NCBI GenBank assembly: GCA_013287205.1
Contig: JABDEE010000001.1
Coordinates: 4,882-68,881, forward strand
DNA from: Alphaproteobacteria bacterium
Lineage (GTDB): Bacteria; Pseudomonadota; Alphaproteobacteria; UBA9655
Direction of reading: 5' to 3'
DNA: 64,000 nt
The notes under the pieces were generated by a model. The model was not told the DNA's origin, made no database searches, and was given only the letters and a program-made list of their open reading frames with translations. Below are positions 58,445 to 64,000 of the stretch, in pieces. Positions within the stretch are counted from its first letter, which is position 1, and each line of letters starts with the position of its first letter. The translations under genes were made by a program, and so were the position numbers.

Positions 58445-58732
58445 TTATGCGATGATTCCCATGATGTCTGACTCTTTCATGACGAGGTAGTCTTTGCCAT
58501 CCAGTTTGATTTCCGTGCCGGACCATTTGCCGAACAAGATCCGATCGCCTGCTTTGACATCCAGAGGGGTCACTTTGCCATCCTCTGAGCGTGTGCCTGA
58601 TCCGATTGCGATCACTTCCCCTTCCATCGGCTTTTCTTTCGCCGTATCTGGGATAATAATTCCTCCGGCCGTCTTTTCTTCTTGTTCGATGCGACAGACA
58701 AGAACGCGATCATGTAGGGGTCTAAATTTCAT
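58445..58732 (-). CDS. groS: co-chaperonin GroES
   Basis: [12 protein letters not shown]...[13 protein letters not shown] signature. Confidence 0.97.
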   Translation of the reverse strand: MKFRPLHDRVLVCRIEQEEKTAGGIIIPDTAKEKPMEGEVIAIGSGTRSEDGKVTPLDVKAGDRILFGKWSGTEIKLDGKDYLVMKESDIMGIIA

Positions 58733-58772
58733 CTTTTCCTCCTCCGATGGTGGATCCTAATAAGTAGTTGAT

Positions 58773-58799
58773 CTAGCACTCTTTGTACGAGAGTGCCAA
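58773..58799 (-). promoter_or_regulatory. CIRCE element (HrcA operator)
   Basis: CTAGCACTC-N9-GAGTGCCAA compared with consensus TTAGCACTC-N9-GAGTGCTAA. Lies between the promoter and the groES ATG. Confidence 0.85.
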
Positions 58800-58800
58800 A

Positions 58801-58829
58801 TATATAGCGCGTCCCCTTTTTTTTGTCAA
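58801..58829 (-). promoter_or_regulatory. groESL sigma70-type promoter
   Basis: On the minus strand: TTGACA (58829-58824), 17 bp, TATATA (58806-58801), immediately upstream of CIRCE. Confidence 0.7.
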
Positions 58830-58850
58830 GAAAGGCGGATGGCCATTTCG

Positions 58851-58930
58851 GTGTAGCGGTGTAGCGGTGTAGCGGTGTAGCGGTGTAGCGGTGTAGCGGT
58901 GTAGCGGTGTAGCGGTGTAGCGGTGTAGCG
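58851..58930 (+). repeat. tandem octamer array (GTGTAGCG) x10, perfect
   Basis: 80 bp with no mismatches. Starts 21 bp upstream of the groESL -35 hexamer. Confidence 0.97.
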
Positions 58931-58999
58931 GAAGGAAAAAGAATACGAAAAAACATGTCAATTCTTTTCTCCTCTTATTTCTTACTTTTCTGACTAACT

Positions 59000-59023
59000 G
59001 CTCCACCGCTAAACTGCTATACC
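59000..59023 (-). repeat. three degenerate octamers (GCTCCACC GCTAAACT GCTATACC), inverted relative to 58851-58930
   Basis: Same unit as 48064-48095. Separated from the 10x array by a 69-bp A+T-rich spacer. Confidence 0.6.
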
Positions 59024-59119
59024 GTGTTGTAATAAATCGTCATGATCAGTGAGAGGGAGATACACGGAATTTGTAGTATGCTGTGCTTCATAAAAGAACC
59101 TTTAAAGGCAAATGTATCC

Positions 59120-60052
59120 ATGACGCCTCCTTATTCAGCTTCTGTGAGAAAACCCAAGTTCCCTGTCGCCCCTTTGTCGCGTCCTGCGGTGCAGCACCTT
59201 CAAAAAACCCTTGCGACCTCTGTGCGTTGCCAAGGCGTTGGCGTACATTCAGGCAATACGGTGACCATGACGCTTTCGCCTGCGCCTGCAGGAAGTGGGA
59301 TGACGTTTGTTCGCACAGATCTTGGAAATATTGCTCTTAAAGCCTCCTGGAAAACAGTCGTTGATACACAGTTTTGTACGACCATTGGTGATCACAAGGG
59401 TGTCACTGTTTCGACGGTTGAACATCTTCTCGCGGCTCTGGCAGCCAATGGTATTGACAATATTCGCGTGGAGCTTGATGGCCCAGAGCTTCCCATTATG
59501 GATGGGTGCTCTCATTTCTTCTCGACTCTTCTCGAGCAAGCAGGTACCCGGGATCAGCAAGCGCCGCGCCGGATCCTCCGGGTGTTGAAAACGGTTTCCG
59601 TTGCAGAGGGCAGCCGAACGGCGACCCTCTCTCCCTCTCCTTTTTACGAACTCTCTGTTGAGTTTGACTTTGGGGAGCGGGCGTCGATTGAAACACAGCA
59701 TCTCACTTTTCGCCCTTCACGAGACAACTTCCTTAATCTCATTGCACCTGCGCGTACCTTTGGGTTGCTGGCGGATGCGGAAAAATTGCGTGCCGTAGGC
59801 TTAGCAAAGGGAGCCTCCCTTGAGAATACGGTGGTCTATGATGGGTCCAAGGTTTTGAATGAAGAAGGTTTGCGCTACACGGATGAATGTGCCCGCCACA
59901 AGATCCTCGATGCCATGGGAGACCTTCACCTGGCTGGAGGGCTCATCCTTGGTAAGTTCCACGGTGTGCGTGCAGGCCATGGTCTGCATTATAAGCTCCT
60001 TCAGGCTCTTTTTGCGGATCCAACGCAGTATTCAGTAACGAGTGGTCAGTGA
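59120..60052 (+). CDS. lpxC: UDP-3-O-acyl-N-acetylglucosamine deacetylase
   Basis: QKTLxxxVxxxGVGVHSG...TFVRTD...VEHLLAAL...HKxLDxxGDL motifs. Start uncertain (59042 or 59120). Confidence 0.92.
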   Translation: MTPPYSASVRKPKFPVAPLSRPAVQHLQKTLATSVRCQGVGVHSGNTVTMTLSPAPAGSGMTFVRTDLGNIALKASWKTVVDTQFCTTIGDHKGVTVSTVEHLLAALAANGIDNIRVELDGPELPIMDGCSHFFSTLLEQAGTRDQQAPRRILRVLKTVSVAEGSRTATLSPSPFYELSVEFDFGERASIETQHLTFRPSRDNFLNLIAPARTFGLLADAEKLRAVGLAKGASLENTVVYDGSKVLNEEGLRYTDECARHKILDAMGDLHLAGGLILGKFHGVRAGHGLHYKLLQALFADPTQYSVTSGQ

Positions 60053-60156
60053 TCAGATCTTTTGGCTGAGTCGTTATCAAATTCTCATATGCTAAGAGTT
60101 TGTTAAACCATTTTCTCTAGACTCATTCTCATCAATAGGAATAATGGAGAGAACAT

Positions 60157-60360
60157 ATGTCTAAACCATCTCTTAAAATAGTGGCGCTCGCCCTTACTTT
60201 TTTTGCCTGCACAGGTGAACAAGTCAGTGCTGACTTTATAGGGTGTAGAGAGTTTCCATCCGAATGCATTTGTTCTTCAGGCGCTCGTGCCTATGCGGAG
60301 TGGGGCAGAGAGTGTCGGAACAATAGGATAAACCCATTTAGTTGCTATTGCGAAGACTAA
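60157..60360 (+). CDS. hypothetical small secreted Cys-rich protein (67 aa)
   Basis: GGAGAGA RBS and signal peptide. Six Cys in the ~42-aa mature part. Confidence 0.45.
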   Translation: MSKPSLKIVALALTFFACTGEQVSADFIGCREFPSECICSSGARAYAEWGRECRNNRINPFSCYCED

Positions 60361-60382
60361 GTAGAGGAGATATTTCCGTTCC

Positions 60383-61756
60383 TTATCTCCCAAACATCCC
60401 CCAGGACAGCAGCACAAACAACGGTAAGAGGACGGCCAAGGACCAGGCCATGTATCCAAAGAAGCTGGGCATTTTGACGCCATAGCTTTCAGCTACGGTT
60501 TTGACCATGAAGTTCGGGGCATTGCCGATATAAGTCATGGCGCCCATAAAGACGGATCCTAAGGAAATCGCCACCAGTGTCTGAGAGAGGGTCGACATCA
60601 AGATGTTTGCGTCTCCCCCCGCCATGTGGAAAAACACAAGGTAGGTCGGTGCATTATCCAGGAAGGAAGACAGGGTCCCGGAGAGCCAAAAGTACATGCT
60701 ATTTTGAGGCTGTCCATTGGCGCTTACAAGGGCAATGAGGGAGGAGAGGGCGCCATTCTTTCCTGCATCTAAAATGGCTGTGACGGGGAGCACGGTCATA
60801 AAAATGCCAAAGAAGAGTTTGACGACCTCCTGAAGTGGTTCCCAAGAAAAGTGATTCACTTGCCGAATATGGGGGGCGGTAAAGTGGTAGGAAATGAAGC
60901 TCAAGAGAATGAGGCCGCCATCCCTCACAAGATTCTGAAGATCAAGGGAGGTTCCGCTAATCGTAAAGGTAATCTCAGGTTCCCACACGCCACTGAGAAT
61001 CACAAGTCCCATGACACCGAGGAAGAGAAGCGCGTTATCGCCTCCCTTCATCGTCACGAGAGGGGTGGAGCGTAACGGTGAAATTTTCTCCACCTCACGC
61101 ATCACAAAGCGATCCACGCCATAAAAAATGAGGAGAATGGCCGCGGCGGTGCAGAGCATGGGGAGGGCCAAGGATTGCATTGTCCACAAGAAATCGACGC
61201 CATTTAGAAATCCGAGGAAGAGGGGAGGGTCGCCCAGAGGCGTGAGGGCGCCTCCCACATTTCCCACCATAAAAATGAAGAAGATCATGTGGTAGGCTTG
61301 ATGTTTGCGCGTCGCGTTCATCTTGAGAAAGGGGCGGACGAGGAGCATGGCGGCACCTGTGGTGCCTACCCATCCGGCTAGCAAAGTGCCGACCGCTAAA
61401 AAGCATGTGTTCATAAAGGGGGTTGCTGGGGACCTTACGGAAATTTGGATGCCGCTGGCAATGGTGTAGAGTGTGCTCATCATGATGATGAAGGGGAGAT
61501 AATGGTGGAGGAGCATTCCTAAAATCGCCTGATGAGTCAGGGACCATCCAAATTCTGTGCTGAGACTGAGAACAGTGATCATGGCCCAGGCCATTGCCAC
61601 TTTCCCGTAGTGTTTTTCCCAAAACCGCATGGAGATCAGGGGGAGGAACGCAAGAGACAGAAGCATGCCGAGAAAGGGGATGACCCAGGTGAGCTCCAAG
61701 GTGTGGCCTGGGAGGATGCTTGGGTTTGCGGAGAGGGGGGAGTTCCAACTTGTCAT
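60383..61756 (-). CDS. ArsB/NhaD-superfamily ion transporter (putative Na+/H+ antiporter)
   Basis: Polytopic membrane protein (WVIPFLGMLLSLAFLP...FWEKHYGKV...GNAPNFMVK). Only the C-terminal 457 codons of the 806-aa ORF are credible. The proposed ATG lies in the terminus of element copy L. Confidence 0.75.
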   Translation of the reverse strand: MTSWNSPLSANPSILPGHTLELTWVIPFLGMLLSLAFLPLISMRFWEKHYGKVAMAWAMITVLSLSTEFGWSLTHQAILGMLLHHYLPFIIMMSTLYTIASGIQISVRSPATPFMNTCFLAVGTLLAGWVGTTGAAMLLVRPFLKMNATRKHQAYHMIFFIFMVGNVGGALTPLGDPPLFLGFLNGVDFLWTMQSLALPMLCTAAAILLIFYGVDRFVMREVEKISPLRSTPLVTMKGGDNALLFLGVMGLVILSGVWEPEITFTISGTSLDLQNLVRDGGLILLSFISYHFTAPHIRQVNHFSWEPLQEVVKLFFGIFMTVLPVTAILDAGKNGALSSLIALVSANGQPQNSMYFWLSGTLSSFLDNAPTYLVFFHMAGGDANILMSTLSQTLVAISLGSVFMGAMTYIGNAPNFMVKTVAESYGVKMPSFFGYMAWSLAVLLPLFVLLSWGMFGR

Positions 61757-61875
61757 CCCCGCGAAGGCGGGGACCCAGACTTGAGCATTTTTTAAAAAGT
61801 TCCTAACAAAAAAATTTTTTGAAATCAGAGACAAAAAGAATTTAAGTCTGGGTCCCCGCCTTCGCGGGGATGACA
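61751..61875. repeat. palindromic-element family, copy L (125 bp)
   Basis: TGTCATCCCCGCGAAGGCGGGGACCCAGACTTGAGC...TTTAAGTCTGGGTCCCCGCCTTCGCGGGGATGACA. Confidence 0.92.
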
Positions 61876-62047
61876 AGTGGGGGTGCGGAGATGACAATTT
61901 ACGTATGGCCTGCACTCCACGAGATAGTTTGAGATGCTGCCTCCCGACCCCTGATCCTTGACTCCTGACTCCTGACAGACTTGACATCTTCCCCCCTTCC
62001 CTCCATGGTTCCTCGATAAAATCAGTATAGGGGATAAGGGTGAATTC

Positions 62048-62986
62048 ATGAAAGCGTTTCTTTTTCCAGGACAGGGATCTCAGCACATCGGGATGGGGCG
62101 TGAGCTCTATGACACCTTCGCGTGTGCGCGGGAGGTATTTCAAGAAGTGGATGAGGCTTTGAGCCAAAATCTCACACAGGTGATGTTTGAAGGACCCGAC
62201 GACGAACTTGTCCGCACCGAAAATGCGCAGCCCGCACTCATGACTGTGAGCATGGCCGTGATGCGGGTGCTTGAAAAGGAAGGAGGACATACGCTTCCTC
62301 AGATGGCGTCTTATGTGGCTGGTCATTCCTTGGGCCAGTATGCGGCTCTGTGTGCCGCCCAGTCTTTGACATTGTCTGAGACGGCGCGTCTTTTGAAGCT
62401 GCGGGGCCAGGCGATGCAGCAGGCTGTGCCGCTCGGGGAAGGGGCGATGGCGGCTGTCCTTGGGTTGGAGCTCGAGGTGGTTGAGGACATTGTGAAACAA
62501 GCGGGCATGGGGGAAGTGTGCGACGTTGCCAATGACAATAGCCCCGGTCAGGTGGTCATCAGTGGTCACGCCCACGCCATCGACCGTGCGATTGAGCTTT
62601 CCAAAGAGCGAGGCGCGAAGCGGAGTCTTTTGCTTAACGTGAGTGCCCCTTTTCATTGTTCCTTGATGATGCCAGCGCAAGCGCGCATGGCGGAAGCTCT
62701 TGGTGAAGCCGTTATTTCTGACCCTCGTGTTCCCGTGATGGATAACGTTACGGCAACGGTGGTGACAAGTGGGGATGCGTTGCGGGATCTTCTCGTGCAG
62801 CAAATGACAGGGCGCATTCGGTGGCGGGAGAGTCTGATGGCCTTAGCAGATCTCGGTGTCACCACCGCCGTTGAGGTGGGGGCGGGCAAAGTTCTCACGG
62901 GTCTTGCAAAGCGGACGGTTCCGACCTTTGAAACGGTGACCTTGAACACGCCCGCTGATATTGAAGCCTTTTTGAAATCAATTTAA
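62048..62986 (+). CDS. fabD: malonyl-CoA:ACP transacylase
   Basis: FPGQGSQ...GHSLGQY(A) active site. 312 aa. Confidence 0.95.
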   Translation: MKAFLFPGQGSQHIGMGRELYDTFACAREVFQEVDEALSQNLTQVMFEGPDDELVRTENAQPALMTVSMAVMRVLEKEGGHTLPQMASYVAGHSLGQYAALCAAQSLTLSETARLLKLRGQAMQQAVPLGEGAMAAVLGLELEVVEDIVKQAGMGEVCDVANDNSPGQVVISGHAHAIDRAIELSKERGAKRSLLLNVSAPFHCSLMMPAQARMAEALGEAVISDPRVPVMDNVTATVVTSGDALRDLLVQQMTGRIRWRESLMALADLGVTTAVEVGAGKVLTGLAKRTVPTFETVTLNTPADIEAFLKSI

Positions 62987-62997
62987 AGGAGAAACCC

Positions 62998-63735
62998 ATG
63001 TTCGATTTATCTGGAAAAAAAGCACTTGTCACAGGCGCTACCGGAGGCTTAGGTGCAGAAATTGTCCGCGCCCTTCATGGCCAAGGGGCCCATGTGGCCA
63101 TCTCTGGCACACGCCAAGAAAAATTGAGTGCTTTTGCGAGTGAGTTCAAAGATCGTGTCACAACCCTGCCTTGTGATTTATCTAATCCGGAGGCCACCGC
63201 TCGGTTGATTCCGGATGCAGAGGCGGCTCTTGGCGGGCTTGATATTCTTGTGAATAATGCAGGTCTCACTCAAGATGGCCTCATGATGCGCATGAGTGAT
63301 GAGCAATGGGCCAAAGTGATTGAGGTGAATCTCACGGCGTGTTTTCGCATCATGCGGGATGCCATCAAGGGTATGATGAAACAGCGCAGCGGGCGCATTG
63401 TGAATATGACCTCGATCGTCGGTGTGACAGGAAATGCAGGTCAGGTGAACTATTCTGCCGCAAAAGCCGGCCTGATTGGCCTCTCAAAGTCTTTAGCTCT
63501 CGAGGTCGCCACGCGCGGCATTACAGTCAACTGTATTGCTCCTGGATTCATTGAATCCCCCATGACGGACGTGTTGAATGAGAAGCAGCGGGAGGGGATT
63601 TTGGCTTCCATTCCGCAACGGGCGATAGGATCGCCAAAAGATATCGCTGCGGGCGTGGTGTATTTGGCCAGCGATGAAGCATCCTATGTGACAGGGCAGA
63701 CGCTGCATATTAATGGCGGCATGGTGATGGTGTAA
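62998..63735 (+). CDS. fabG: 3-oxoacyl-ACP reductase
   Basis: SDR motifs TGATGGLG, NNAG and YxxxK (YSAAK). 245 aa. Confidence 0.95.
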   Translation: MFDLSGKKALVTGATGGLGAEIVRALHGQGAHVAISGTRQEKLSAFASEFKDRVTTLPCDLSNPEATARLIPDAEAALGGLDILVNNAGLTQDGLMMRMSDEQWAKVIEVNLTACFRIMRDAIKGMMKQRSGRIVNMTSIVGVTGNAGQVNYSAAKAGLIGLSKSLALEVATRGITVNCIAPGFIESPMTDVLNEKQREGILASIPQRAIGSPKDIAAGVVYLASDEASYVTGQTLHINGGMVMV

Positions 63736-63863
63736 GTCAGGAGACGGGAGTCAGGGGGCAGGACAGTTTTCCTGCTGTTGCCTAAAATTCTTGACATATT
63801 TTTCATAAATAAGCGATGGTGTGCACAACAAAGCTAAGCCTTAAAAAGAACGGAGAAGTCTTC

Positions 63864-64000
63864 ATGGGTCGGAAAGAGCCATCAAAGGGGTGTCGTAGAT
63901 TTCTGAGAACGATCCTCTGTCTTATCGGGGGAATGGTCGTCGGGGCGTCTGGATGGGCGACGACTTATACGGTCGATAGCACAACGGCTACCGATCCAAC
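63864..64000 (+). CDS. hypothetical protein, N-terminal fragment (continues beyond the window)
   Basis: GGAGAAG RBS. MGRKEPSK..LCLIGGMVVGASGWA leader-like segment. Occupies the position where acpP usually follows fabG. Confidence 0.35.
   Translation, partial: MGRKEPSKGCRRFLRTILCLIGGMVVGASGWATTYTVDSTTATDP

Noticed and set aside
58851-58930. Possible CRISPR array
   Set aside because: The units are 8 bp, directly abutting and without spacers. No cas genes are present. This is a simple tandem repeat.
61757-62803. N-terminal 349 codons of the 806-aa minus-strand ORF 60383-62803
   Set aside because: This part is antisense to the well-supported fabD gene and only connects to the transporter by read-through of the stop-free palindromic element. 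The sequence is Arg/His-rich nonsense with no membrane or domain character.

Overview
This 64-kb window looks like alphaproteobacterial chromosome. The evidence is mraZ-rsmH-ftsL-ftsI, rpmF-plsX-fabH, fabD-fabG, CIRCE-controlled groESL, and a DnaA-box cluster next to hemE. It appears to span the replication origin at about 43.4-43.7 kb, with genes diverging from it (coaE-dnaQ leftward; hemE-hemH-hemJ, dcd and dnaE rightward).

Housekeeping genes include polA, ctaE, mutS, asd, dut, lpdA, accD, dnaQ, dnaE, groESL and lpxC. Between them are visibly more A+T-rich accessory genes. Many of these encode signal-peptide proteins: a UDP-glycosyltransferase-like protein, an RNI-type LRR protein, a tandem-HIT protein, a 610-aa repeat protein and several paralogous small proteins. 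This fits a host-associated lifestyle, which is inference only.

The most unusual feature is the repeat content.
- A nested-palindrome element family with termini TGTCATCCCCG...CGGGGATGACA has at least 12 copies. One 120-bp copy sits in frame inside ferrochelatase. Others appear to supply a start codon or a C-terminal tail and stop codon to neighbouring genes.
- Perfect 8-bp tandem arrays occur as inverted pairs at dcd/dnaE and directly upstream of the groESL promoter.
- GGAGTCA/GTCAGGA heptamer clusters sit at gene ends.

Other features are a decayed tRNA-Ser genomic island (truncated integrase, broken AbiEi/AbiEii, intact 610-aa cargo gene), two type II TA modules inserted after ftsI (one bracketed by 65-bp direct repeats), and a stress-protein cluster (ChaB, entericidin-like, ElaB/YqjD-like, CsbD x2, SemiSWEET, MEDS histidine kinase). 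I found no CRISPR array, rRNA gene or transposase. All functional calls come from motif recognition by eye, not database searches.
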